A stretch of DNA of 64,000 bases, taken from the NCBI GenBank assembly GCA_023380755.1, contig JAMCSD010000006.1:39841-103840 (forward strand), read 5' to 3'. Positions 24,797-34,027 of this stretch are shown piece after piece; positions within the stretch are counted from its first letter, which is position 1; every line of letters begins with the position of its first letter. Made by a program: the position numbers and the translations under genes. The notes beneath the pieces were generated by a model. The model was not told the origin of the DNA and searched no databases. It saw only the letters and a list, made by a program, of their open reading frames with translations. This stretch comes from Patescibacteria group bacterium. GTDB taxonomy: Bacteria > Patescibacteriota > Microgenomatia > UBA12405.

Positions 24797-26410
24797 ATGG
24801 TCATTACTGACTTTTCAAATAAAGCCAAACAATTAATCGATGATATTAAGGGGGTTTGTACCAGTGCTGGTCTAGGTGGTGAAGCTAATGAGTATAAAAT
24901 TGTTACCCAAAGCTTTCTATACAAGTTCCTAAACGATAAGTTTTTGTATGAAATTGGTAAGATAAATCCCAGTCTCAAGTCTTATGAAGATTTAAAAAAA
25001 CTAGATGATAATGACTATAAACTATTAATAATTAACCTCGGTACAAAAGCAGCCCATCTTAAGCCCGAGCACCTTCTTGAGTACTTATTCAGCCACCAAA
25101 ATGAGCAAAGCTTTGCTAAGACATTTGATGATACTCTCAATGATATTGCCGTGGACAATTCGGAAATTTTTTCAGTTCATACTTCTGGTAACACTGAAAT
25201 TCGCTTGTTCGAGGAAAGACTTATACAAGGTTCTGTCAACGACATCTCAAAACATGACGAAACAGCCCGCTTGCTTGTAAATAAACTGACAAATAGTAAA
25301 TTCAACTTTGAGTCTATATTTTCGGCCGGTTTTGACTTTTTCTCGACCTTATTTGAGTATATGATTAGAGACTACAATAAGGACGGTGGTAGCAAGTACG
25401 CCGAATATTTCACTCCTCACTCAGTGGCCAAGATTATGGCCGAAATACTAGTTGGCAATAGCAATCTGGCCAATGTGAATGCTTATGATCCGGCGGCAGG
25501 TTCTGGAACTCTCCTAATGAATATCGCCCATAAGATTGGCACTGACAAATGTACAATTTTCTCACAGGATATTTCTCAGAAGTCATCTAACTTACTACGA
25601 CTTAACCTTATTTTAAATAATTTAAGCCATTCTATAGACCACATTGTCCAAGGTAATACTTTAACCGAACCAAAACACATTACAAAAAAATTTGACTTTG
25701 TTGTTAGCAATCCTCCATTTAAAATCGATTTCTCTGATGATCATAGTAAAATTTCAAGTCTTCCAAATTTCAACGATCGCTTTTTTGCCGGCATTCCTAA
25801 AATTCCTAAAAAAGAAAAAGATAAAATGGCAATTTATTTGCTTTTCATCCAGCATATTCTGTTTAGTTTATCTGATGATGGCCGAGCGGCTATAGTTGTA
25901 CCAACCGGCTTTTTAACCGCGGGAAATGGAATTGAGAAAAAAATAAAAGAAACGTTAATAAACAAAAAATGGTTAAAGGGTGTAGTATCAATGCCATCCA
26001 ATATTTTTGCTACCACAAACACAAATGTCTCAGTGCTTTTCATAGACAAAAATAATTCAAATAAAGTTGTCCTTGTTGATGGCTCCAAACTTGGAACAAA
26101 AGTTAAAGATGGTAAAAAACAAAAAACTCTTCTAAGTCCTGAAGAGGAACAAAAAATAATAAACGCATTTGAGGCAGGAAAGGCGATAGACGGTTTCTCA
26201 GTTATGCTTGACTATGAAGACATAACAGCTAAAAACTACAGCTTTAGTGCAGGCCAATATTTTGATATTAAAATTGAGTACATCGATATTACATCCGAGC
26301 AGTTTGAAACAAAAATCTTAGAATATAAAGAAAATCTGTCCAAGTTGTTTAATGATACTAATGCGTTAGACTCTGAGATTTTGACGAATTTAGACAAGTT
26401 GAAGTTATGA
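24797..26410 (+). CDS. hsdM: type I R-M N6-adenine DNA methyltransferase, M subunit
   Basis: AdoMet motif DPAAGSGTLLM and catalytic VVSNPPF. Confidence 0.9.
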   Translation: MVITDFSNKAKQLIDDIKGVCTSAGLGGEANEYKIVTQSFLYKFLNDKFLYEIGKINPSLKSYEDLKKLDDNDYKLLIINLGTKAAHLKPEHLLEYLFSHQNEQSFAKTFDDTLNDIAVDNSEIFSVHTSGNTEIRLFEERLIQGSVNDISKHDETARLLVNKLTNSKFNFESIFSAGFDFFSTLFEYMIRDYNKDGGSKYAEYFTPHSVAKIMAEILVGNSNLANVNAYDPAAGSGTLLMNIAHKIGTDKCTIFSQDISQKSSNLLRLNLILNNLSHSIDHIVQGNTLTEPKHITKKFDFVVSNPPFKIDFSDDHSKISSLPNFNDRFFAGIPKIPKKEKDKMAIYLLFIQHILFSLSDDGRAAIVVPTGFLTAGNGIEKKIKETLINKKWLKGVVSMPSNIFATTNTNVSVLFIDKNNSNKVVLVDGSKLGTKVKDGKKQKTLLSPEEEQKIINAFEAGKAIDGFSVMLDYEDITAKNYSFSAGQYFDIKIEYIDITSEQFETKILEYKENLSKLFNDTNALDSEILTNLDKLKL

Positions 26411-27642
26411 CTATTAACCTAAAGCAAACTAGAATTGGTGAAGTAATGTCTTTTCAGAGAGGATATGACTTAACTCATAATCAAATGTTGGGTGGAAATG
26501 TACCTGTTGTGGGGTCTAGTGACATTATTGGTTATCATAATAAAGTAAAAAAAACTGCACCCGTTCTACTCATAGGTAGAAGCGGAACTGTTGGTAGACC
26601 TCAATATTATAATCAGAACATTTGGCCGCATAACACCACATTATTTGTAACCGATTTTCATGGTAATGTACCAAAATATTGCTATTACCTTCTGAAGGTA
26701 TTGAATTTAGAGGATTATGCTAATTCTACTGGTGTTCCGACACTAAACAGAAATTTCATTCACCCGTTGAAGGTTAATATTCATGAAGTACCTCAGCAAG
26801 TTGCTATAGCTAATATTCTTTCAAGTTTGGACCACAAAATCGATACAAACAATAAAATCAGTAACGAACTGGAGAAGATGGCAAAAACGATTTATGATTA
26901 TTGGTTTGTCCAATTCGACTTCCCTTGCGAAAACGGCAAACCATATAAATCTAGTGGTGGGAAAATGATTTGGAACGAAGTTTTAAAAAGAAATATTCCA
27001 GAAGGTTGGGAATCAGATAAATTAAAAGGCCTTATAAATTTTGATAGAGGTATTTCATATACAAGTAAGGATATTGAAAGTCAAAGCGGTATTCCAATGA
27101 TTAATCTCGCTTCGATAGATATATGTAGAAATTATCGGCCTAATGAACTTAAGTTTTTTTCTGGGAAATATAACCCAACATCATTAATAAAACATGGAGA
27201 TATGTTGATCGCTTGTACTGATTTGACAAGAAACGCTGATATTATTGGATCTCCGATAATTGTGCCCATGGAATACAAGGAATATTTGTTTTCAATGGAT
27301 TTAGCAAAACTAAATATCATCACAAATAGACTTTTAGAAAATTATCTTTACATGACACTTAGAACTAGTTTTTATCATAATTACATAAAATATTTTGCTT
27401 CGGGTACAAACGTGCTTCACTTAAATCTCGACGGAATTTTATGGTATCCGATTGTTGTTCCACCAATCCCCATACAACAAAAGTTTTCACTTATTTTTAA
27501 GGAACTAATTGATAAACAAGCGTTAATTTTAAACGAAACGGAAACTTTGTCTTCATTGCGTGACTGGCTCCTGCCAATGCTTATGAATGGTCAAGTGACA
27601 GTAAGAGAAGTTGGTGGGGAAATTGAATCGAGATTCCAATAA
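26407..27642 (+). CDS. hsdS: type I R-M specificity subunit
   Basis: 411 aa; two TRD-like halves separated by conserved helical spacers; ATGA overlap with hsdM. Confidence 0.85.
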   Translation: MTINLKQTRIGEVMSFQRGYDLTHNQMLGGNVPVVGSSDIIGYHNKVKKTAPVLLIGRSGTVGRPQYYNQNIWPHNTTLFVTDFHGNVPKYCYYLLKVLNLEDYANSTGVPTLNRNFIHPLKVNIHEVPQQVAIANILSSLDHKIDTNNKISNELEKMAKTIYDYWFVQFDFPCENGKPYKSSGGKMIWNEVLKRNIPEGWESDKLKGLINFDRGISYTSKDIESQSGIPMINLASIDICRNYRPNELKFFSGKYNPTSLIKHGDMLIACTDLTRNADIIGSPIIVPMEYKEYLFSMDLAKLNIITNRLLENYLYMTLRTSFYHNYIKYFASGTNVLHLNLDGILWYPIVVPPIPIQQKFSLIFKELIDKQALILNETETLSSLRDWLLPMLMNGQVTVREVGGEIESRFQ

Positions 27643-27647
27643 AAAAT

Positions 27648-28193
27648 ATGGGGATATTACGAAACCTAATTAGAAATGTTGAACCAATTACTAGAGCCAC
27701 GGTACTTCTAAAAAACTATCAAACCAAACAGGATCAACTAATCCCTTTGGTGCTTCCAGTCTTAAATGATTACGATAAAGAGAAAAGGGCATTTCTGACA
27801 ACAATATCAATCGTGTCTGCTGCCGTTGGAGCATTTTCCTTTTTGTTATACAATAGCCCCTATGTTAAAAACCCCGATTTATTAAAACTTGGAGACATCT
27901 TAATTTTGCTGACTATTATTCTCTCGATAGTGGGTTGGCTTGTTGTTTTACACAGTAACCAGAAAAAACTTCACGATACATTCTGCGATCTTATAGATAG
28001 TCTTCACTCCGCCTCTGAAAATCTAGATAATTATATTCAGCAGAAAATTAGTCAAGAAGATTTTGAAAAGAAGTTGCAGAGCTTTAACAAAGAATATAAA
28101 AGACCGAATTTCCCAGATTACTATTGGCAAATTGGATGCTGTATCTTGTTTGTTACTTCATTAGTTTTTATTGCATTAAGTTTTTTTACTTAG
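27648..28193 (+). CDS. hypothetical membrane protein (about 3 TM segments), first gene of the R-M-appended cassette
   Basis: 181 aa; hydrophobic stretches TTISIVSAAVGAFSFLLY, ILILLTIILSIVGWLVVL and IGCCILFVTSLVFIALSFF; starts 5 nt after the hsdS stop. Confidence 0.55.
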   Translation: MGILRNLIRNVEPITRATVLLKNYQTKQDQLIPLVLPVLNDYDKEKRAFLTTISIVSAAVGAFSFLLYNSPYVKNPDLLKLGDILILLTIILSIVGWLVVLHSNQKKLHDTFCDLIDSLHSASENLDNYIQQKISQEDFEKKLQSFNKEYKRPNFPDYYWQIGCCILFVTSLVFIALSFFT

Positions 28194-28222
28194 AAGTATG
28201 GAGGTCATTCTAAAGGAAGATT

Positions 28223-29743
28223 ATGGTATGTTGGTGTGGAAGTGAAAAACCGATCAAAGAGTGTCATTTTACCGATACATGGACTATTCCTTCTGTGAAT
28301 GGATTTAAGATTTCACAACCTCCCGATATTACAGACGAGGTTAAAAATAATTTAATCACACATATCAAAAAAACAACTTCAATAGATATGGTGGATACAA
28401 ATCATACTTTTGAGATATGTATTCCCGAACAGAAAATCGAATTTCTTAAACAGTCGCTAATTTATTCTGAAAAAATAACAGGTTCTAACACTTTGTCGGT
28501 ACCGCCAGATTTTGTTAATTGGGGAACTCAGCCATCTTTATCATCGAATTTTGTTACTGATAACTTGAAGTTATTATCTGAAATTAAAGACATAACTGAA
28601 ATTAACAATTTCGTTAACTTTAAAAAATATATTGGTCACATCTTTTTCGCTTCACCCGCCTCAGATTTATCAAAGAATTTAAGACTTGTAACAAAAAAGT
28701 TTAAAGAATTCTATCCTGACGGTTATATCGATTTTATTAGCGTAGATAGTAGAAACTTCGTTTTACCTGTAATATTTAGAAGTTTTGCTAAACAAGATAT
28801 ATTAGGTATCGATTTAACTAAAAAATTAATAAACTCTTCGTGGAAAGAAAAGGTTCCATTAGAGACTGGGTCAGTTTACTTTGATATTATGTTTAATTTG
28901 TTTGGAGACGGTAGTTACGGTTTTGTGAATGCGTGGCTCGATAGATGTTTGCTTCTTACTTTTGGCCAAAGAATTTCATTTAAATATTTAAGTTATGCAT
29001 CTGCTTACTCGAAAGGTTCCGACATTGGTTTTTACGAAGGAGGTGTTGACCCCGGAATGCAAGTATTTGGAGTATCACCAAATGATTTTAGGCAGTTTAC
29101 TGCATGGTATATAAGGAAACTAAACCGGCTTCTATCCTATTTAAATCATTTCGCTACATTTGCCAACAGAGTTACTTCATTCATTGATCCTGTAGCACAT
29201 TACAAATATTACTTAACTTGGGAACAAATTCTTATTCTTGTTGCAAAAATATTAGGTACAGATGACCGCACAGTTAAAAAACAGTTAACTTTCGTCTTCC
29301 TCGACATAATGGCCCACCTTAAAGGAGGACTGATAGATCATCTTTTTAAACCTAGAATACTCAGCGATATATTGAATTCATTTAATGATTTACCTAATTC
29401 TCTTAGTAGTAAATATCGAACTCATGCAGAAATAGTATTTAATAACTTAATAGATGAGGTATATTCGGGAGTCATTCCCCAGTTTGCAGTAAATGATAAA
29501 GTTGTTCTTCCCTCAGGTAAAGAGTTCGATAAATTTTCTTATGTTGGAGCTTACCTTTCTGCTTTAAGAAATACGATACATGGTTATTCTGGTAGTACTG
29601 ATGAAGAATATAAGGAAGTTATGTTTATAAACAAAGGAGAAATACCAACAAGATTGGCAGAAATTGTACCCATACTTTTTATGTATTTATTAATAAAACC
29701 AGATGTCTTTTTTAAATCCAACATATTCTCCGACATTTTTTGA
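28223..29743 (+). CDS. hypothetical protein with an N-terminal SEC-C-like metal-binding motif
   Basis: 506 aa; MVCWCGSEKPIKECH resembles the SEC-C knuckle CPCGSGKKYKKCC; aaggaag RBS upstream; the remainder is unrecognised. Confidence 0.55.
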   Translation: MVCWCGSEKPIKECHFTDTWTIPSVNGFKISQPPDITDEVKNNLITHIKKTTSIDMVDTNHTFEICIPEQKIEFLKQSLIYSEKITGSNTLSVPPDFVNWGTQPSLSSNFVTDNLKLLSEIKDITEINNFVNFKKYIGHIFFASPASDLSKNLRLVTKKFKEFYPDGYIDFISVDSRNFVLPVIFRSFAKQDILGIDLTKKLINSSWKEKVPLETGSVYFDIMFNLFGDGSYGFVNAWLDRCLLLTFGQRISFKYLSYASAYSKGSDIGFYEGGVDPGMQVFGVSPNDFRQFTAWYIRKLNRLLSYLNHFATFANRVTSFIDPVAHYKYYLTWEQILILVAKILGTDDRTVKKQLTFVFLDIMAHLKGGLIDHLFKPRILSDILNSFNDLPNSLSSKYRTHAEIVFNNLIDEVYSGVIPQFAVNDKVVLPSGKEFDKFSYVGAYLSALRNTIHGYSGSTDEEYKEVMFINKGEIPTRLAEIVPILFMYLLIKPDVFFKSNIFSDIF

Positions 29744-31541
29744 TCCACCCAATCTATTTAAAGGCATCGTCTGTATAAGTAATAACTATTTGTATTCCGC
29801 CCAAATATCGAGTTGTTTCAATAAAGGAAAGTCGTATTTTGTTGTTCTGGAGCCACCAAGGACATTACATAAATATTGGGCAAACGAGTTCCCTATGCTA
29901 AATAATATAATCGCTAGAATAAGGCCGAGAACAATAATATTTTCCAAAGTTGACCAAAAAATAATTGACCAATTCAAAGAGCACTTAAAATTACCAGAAG
30001 GTAGATACCTCTACATTAACAACAAAGATCAGCTAAATCTATTTTTAAGAACATTTAAATCATCAACTAATGGCAGTCTGAAATGTCCTCCATCAAGAAT
30101 TAAGGTCACTTATGCATTACTAGAAGCAAAAAGACGTAATCTTCAGTTAGTTATTGACTCAAAGTCAACATACAAAATTAATAAGAACCAATCAAGCAAA
30201 CACATTATTGTATCTGATACTTTGGTAAATGTACTACCATGCCTTTTAGCAAATTACGCTTTTTCAATAGATGCAGATATTCGCGTAAGTAAAGTAGATT
30301 TAAAATACGAACCACAAGAAATAATTAGTATATTAGATGGCTCAAGAATAAAAGACAAAAGAGGAAGGGCTGCTCGAGAAATCACGAAAAGCATTGTTGC
30401 TGAAATTCAAAGCAAGTTAAGTTTCCTGAAAATATACGACTTTGTTTCTTTCTTCATAGATGATTTTCCTTACGGATATTTTTTTCCCGACAAACCGTCA
30501 ACTCATATTTACAACAAATCGTTACCAAGTCATTTCTTGGCAAAGTCAATTTCGGCAAAAGGTATTCATTTGCAATCTGCTCTATTAGTGGATACAGGCT
30601 TTTTCGAAAATTCGGAGACAGAGATTATCAATTTACAATTGCAAAGAAAAAATGTGGTTACTAAAGTCTTGGAAGGTAACAAATTTACAAATTTAGAACT
30701 AAGTAAGAATGTACAATTTTTACCATATGACTTTTTGTCCATCTGTAGTCATGGAGGTTTTCCTGAGGGTGTTCGTTTTAAAGTCAAATTCAAAGATAAA
30801 AATTGTTGTGATCATGTAATTGTCATAGATACTATTGACTCATTTTTCCCAACTAATAGAGGAGAAGGGGATAACAGAATAATCGATGTTCAAACATTTT
30901 ATGAATTTGTTGAACTTGACGGAAAACCCTGGTTTGAAAAGGAGTATAAACCGGGATCGTCTAAGACCTTGGTGGAAGATTTCTTGGCAATTGGGAGAGA
31001 TCATTGGCAGGTTGTCGAAAAACAAAAAGTATTTATGAGACATTGTAATGTAATTGAAACACAGGACAAACTCGGACCTTATGTTCCTATGATTCACAGT
31101 ATTTCCGATGTCTTTTCCACTCCTTTTATCTTTAACAATTCGTGTAGTTCAACTTATACACTTTCAAGTAATTTTTTATTTGCTGGCTCTATCGCTTATA
31201 TAGGTACAGTAAATTCTGTAGGAACTATAAGTGCTGTAAAAGTTGCGGAAATGTTTGCACAAAAAGCCATTTGCGAAGAGAAACCTATCGCACTATCGTT
31301 GTGGGAGTCTGTAAGTGAATTAAATATAGTGCCAAAATATAGAGTCTATGTTTGCTTTGGATGTCATTTTAATAAATTTTTCTTTTCCATTACTGATAAC
31401 AAATTAAATCTAAAAAAAAGGATAAGGATAGAAGCTTATATGAGAAAACAAAGAATTAACGATCAAAATATGGAAGATAGTGTAAAAATAAGACACTCAG
31501 AAGCAATAGACTTTCTATTTGATGAATATCAACGAATCTAA
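29703..31541 (+). CDS. hypothetical protein with a tentative C-terminal CHAT/caspase-fold-like region
   Basis: 612 aa; DFLSICSHGG (His350, nt 30750-30752) and PFIFNNSCSS (Cys481, nt 31143-31145), followed by NFLFAGSIAYIGTVNSV. This parallels the CHAT pattern HfagHG ... lvvLsaC.s ... afl.aGa..vigtlw.v. The His-Cys spacing (131 aa) is longer than is usual. Confidence 0.45.
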   Translation: MSFLNPTYSPTFFDPPNLFKGIVCISNNYLYSAQISSCFNKGKSYFVVLEPPRTLHKYWANEFPMLNNIIARIRPRTIIFSKVDQKIIDQFKEHLKLPEGRYLYINNKDQLNLFLRTFKSSTNGSLKCPPSRIKVTYALLEAKRRNLQLVIDSKSTYKINKNQSSKHIIVSDTLVNVLPCLLANYAFSIDADIRVSKVDLKYEPQEIISILDGSRIKDKRGRAAREITKSIVAEIQSKLSFLKIYDFVSFFIDDFPYGYFFPDKPSTHIYNKSLPSHFLAKSISAKGIHLQSALLVDTGFFENSETEIINLQLQRKNVVTKVLEGNKFTNLELSKNVQFLPYDFLSICSHGGFPEGVRFKVKFKDKNCCDHVIVIDTIDSFFPTNRGEGDNRIIDVQTFYEFVELDGKPWFEKEYKPGSSKTLVEDFLAIGRDHWQVVEKQKVFMRHCNVIETQDKLGPYVPMIHSISDVFSTPFIFNNSCSSTYTLSSNFLFAGSIAYIGTVNSVGTISAVKVAEMFAQKAICEEKPIALSLWESVSELNIVPKYRVYVCFGCHFNKFFFSITDNKLNLKKRIRIEAYMRKQRINDQNMEDSVKIRHSEAIDFLFDEYQRI

Positions 31542-32491
31542 TTAGAAGTTACTTCTCTCTTCAGCTTTTGAACATATTCCTTAAAAACATCATGCATTCT
31601 TGAACTAGATTCAATTAAGAAGGAAATCATTTTTGGCCAATCAGACTCATTGAAAATATCTACTCCGGTCAATTCTGCTTTTATTCTGGAAGTTACACGA
31701 TCCTCCATTCTTTCCCAAATCAAAGGTTTACCGAATTTCAATTCAATATCTTCCTTTGATTTCACAAAAAAATCAAAAATCTCTTTGTTCTTAGTAACTT
31801 CTCCCTTGTTTATATATATTTCTGAACGAGCATAGGTACTAGTTGCAACAAGATTCAAACTTACACCAGAATAACCTAACGCTATACCGAGCCAAGCATC
31901 ATTAGTCGGATTCAGATTTTGGCACAATCTATTGTTTTTATTCATAGCTTCAATCAATTTTGTCCAGAATTCTCGTCTGACAGTAAATCTTCTTGCTGAA
32001 TCTTTTTTTTCAGCTCCGACTTTCTTCATTTCTACAGTAGGTCTCTCAACTACAGTAAAAAGGGGAGCAACTGACTCTTGCCCCTCAATTTTAATTCCTT
32101 CTACTTTAACCAAATAAAAATACATATTATCTGGCGTCGTCTCATTAAGCCATTCGACAACCTGTCGATGTTCTTCAGTGGGTTTTGCTGTTACCCAGAT
32201 AGCTATATTTGCGTCAAGGTTTACTAAATACGTGATAATTTGACCCAAATGAGTATGGTCAGTTTTTTCAAGTTGATTCTCAATAATTACTTTATTTCCA
32301 AATCCATCCTCCCCGTAAATATCTACTCGATATGGACCAACGTTTTCTTCAACCGCCTGGACAGAAATATCTAGGTCAATAATTTCATTCAGGTAGTCAA
32401 TGTTATTCGCCAACCACTTAGTAAAATCAGCAGCTTCATTTTTCCAAATATTTCGCAGGTCAACTTTTTGAATTTTATTAATTACGGGCAT
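31538..32491 (-). CDS. PD-(D/E)xK-like nuclease N-domain plus DUF4268-like C-domain protein
   Basis: 317 aa; YRVDIYGEDGFGNKVIIENQLEKTDHTHLGQIITY...IAIWV...EHRQVVEWLN matches my recollection of the DUF4268-containing family often found beside R-M genes. Confidence 0.55.
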   Translation of the reverse strand: MPVINKIQKVDLRNIWKNEAADFTKWLANNIDYLNEIIDLDISVQAVEENVGPYRVDIYGEDGFGNKVIIENQLEKTDHTHLGQIITYLVNLDANIAIWVTAKPTEEHRQVVEWLNETTPDNMYFYLVKVEGIKIEGQESVAPLFTVVERPTVEMKKVGAEKKDSARRFTVRREFWTKLIEAMNKNNRLCQNLNPTNDAWLGIALGYSGVSLNLVATSTYARSEIYINKGEVTKNKEIFDFFVKSKEDIELKFGKPLIWERMEDRVTSRIKAELTGVDIFNESDWPKMISFLIESSSRMHDVFKEYVQKLKREVTSN

Positions 32492-32556
32492 TACTGAATC
32501 GTAATTGTTTTAACAATATCCAATGATACCACTAAAATCCAATATAGGGCGAAAAT

Positions 32557-33060
32557 CTACGGCATAAACATATATCCGTATTCATCGCTTGGTCCAAAGT
32601 AGTGAGATTTGTTCAGAAGAGTATCTGCTAATTCCCAAGCAGTCATATCCTCCGAAATCCTATAACTCGCTACAACATCTATCGAACCATTTGTCCCGAC
32701 TGCTAAAGCTCCCGGATTGCCTTGGGTTGTATCTTTGGTATGCTCCAAAGCATACATAAATGCCTTTTCACTTCTAATGAAACCGTAGTATTCGAGATTG
32801 CTTATTATCGCTTCCAAAGTTGAACCGCTACCCGGTCTGAAATCCACTGTTTCGCTTTGCTTCTGTCGTTCCAAATCGCTTTGAGTAAATCGTAATTTCT
32901 CCACAAAGTAATCTTCAACTTTTTTGGGCGACTGCCAACTTTTACCTGGGGCTTTAAAATCGTCTTCCGGTATTTTGGGAGCCTGTTTTTGCCATAACAC
33001 CGCACCCAATCCTACTACCATCATCACTACCAAAATCGGAAATACTATTTTCATATTCAT
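32557..33060 (-). CDS. hypothetical membrane-anchored/secreted protein
   Basis: The likely start is MNMKIVFPILVVMMVVGLGAV (signal anchor); the track ORF extends to 33117. Confidence 0.45.
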   Translation of the reverse strand: MNMKIVFPILVVMMVVGLGAVLWQKQAPKIPEDDFKAPGKSWQSPKKVEDYFVEKLRFTQSDLERQKQSETVDFRPGSGSTLEAIISNLEYYGFIRSEKAFMYALEHTKDTTQGNPGALAVGTNGSIDVVASYRISEDMTAWELADTLLNKSHYFGPSDEYGYMFMP

Positions 33061-33134
33061 GACTAATTCTACTGCATATAAGAGAGTTATTGTCTTAGTA
33101 TGCCTGCAAACACACAAAATGGTACTATCTTTGT

Positions 33135-33902
33135 ATGAAACAAATCATTATCAATGAAGATGAGTATGACGAATTATTTAGTAAGGCAGCGAAAATTGTT
33201 CAAGAAACCCAAAAAGCCAGTGCTTCCTTAATCCAGAGAAAATTTAATATCGGTTATGCTCGTTCTGCTAGATTACTGGATGAACTTGAACACGCCGGTC
33301 TAGTTGGACCTTCAAGAGGAGCCAAACCACGAAAAATACTTATTCCCAAAGAAGAAGAAATTAAAGTTAAAAAAATTAGGTCCAAGGCAAATGACACGGT
33401 ATCAGCTAATGTTGTCGCTGAGAAATACAAAGAGAAACATGGTAATTATGTCAGGAAAATTGCTGCCGTTATTGAGCAGACTTTGAGTAGTTTCGGTATT
33501 ACTGCTCGTGTAGCTGAAGTAAACAACCGGCCCAATGATATTGAGTACTGCATAGAAATTGCCCTTGGTACTCGAACAGCAGATATTTTAGCTTTAGAAA
33601 ACGATATTGCTTTGGCACTAGCTTGCCCACCTGAGTTTTTAGTTATCGAAGCACCTATTCCGGGTCGATCCTTAATTGCTATCCGAACCCCATATCCTAA
33701 CTATGAGAATATAGAACCGACAAAATTATTACCGCCCCCCGAAGATAAGAAAGATGAGTTCCCCGATATAAAAAGAGATGATTTTGAAAATACTTGGATG
33801 AAAATAAGAGCTTACCTTAGTTTTGTGTTTTATCTTATCGCCCGATTATTTAACGTCATTGCTAATTTTATTTATCCCGAACGAAAACAAGATATTTCCT
33901 GA
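33135..33902 (+). CDS. FtsK-related protein lacking the motor: gamma (wHTH) domain, then alpha-like domain, then a C-terminal TM helix
   Basis: SASLIQRKFNIGYARSARLLDELEHAGLVGP is the FtsK gamma pattern. IEQTLSSFGITARVAEVNNRPNDIEYCIEIALGTRTADILALENDIALALA...IEAPIPGRSLIAIRTP is the FtsK_alpha pattern. No Walker A is present, and the hydrophobic tail is YLSFVFYLIARLFNVIANFIY. Confidence 0.6.
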   Translation: MKQIIINEDEYDELFSKAAKIVQETQKASASLIQRKFNIGYARSARLLDELEHAGLVGPSRGAKPRKILIPKEEEIKVKKIRSKANDTVSANVVAEKYKEKHGNYVRKIAAVIEQTLSSFGITARVAEVNNRPNDIEYCIEIALGTRTADILALENDIALALACPPEFLVIEAPIPGRSLIAIRTPYPNYENIEPTKLLPPPEDKKDEFPDIKRDDFENTWMKIRAYLSFVFYLIARLFNVIANFIYPERKQDIS

Positions 33903-34027
33903 TAGAAAATTAAGTTTTTCATAGCACAAACTTTACATTTCTCCCACTACGTTCCATATCTCCATGATGGCGGGGAGCCATCTTTCGCTAAAGCTTCAGA
34001 TGGCTTCGCCTATCGAAGCCGTCAACA

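Noticed and set aside
33968-33985. A second possible copy of the tRNA-Asn 3' end (ggcggggagcca) upstream of the GIY-YIG gene.
   Set aside because: Only about 9-10 nt match exactly, which is expected by chance in a window this size. The 34337-34351 match is clearly better.
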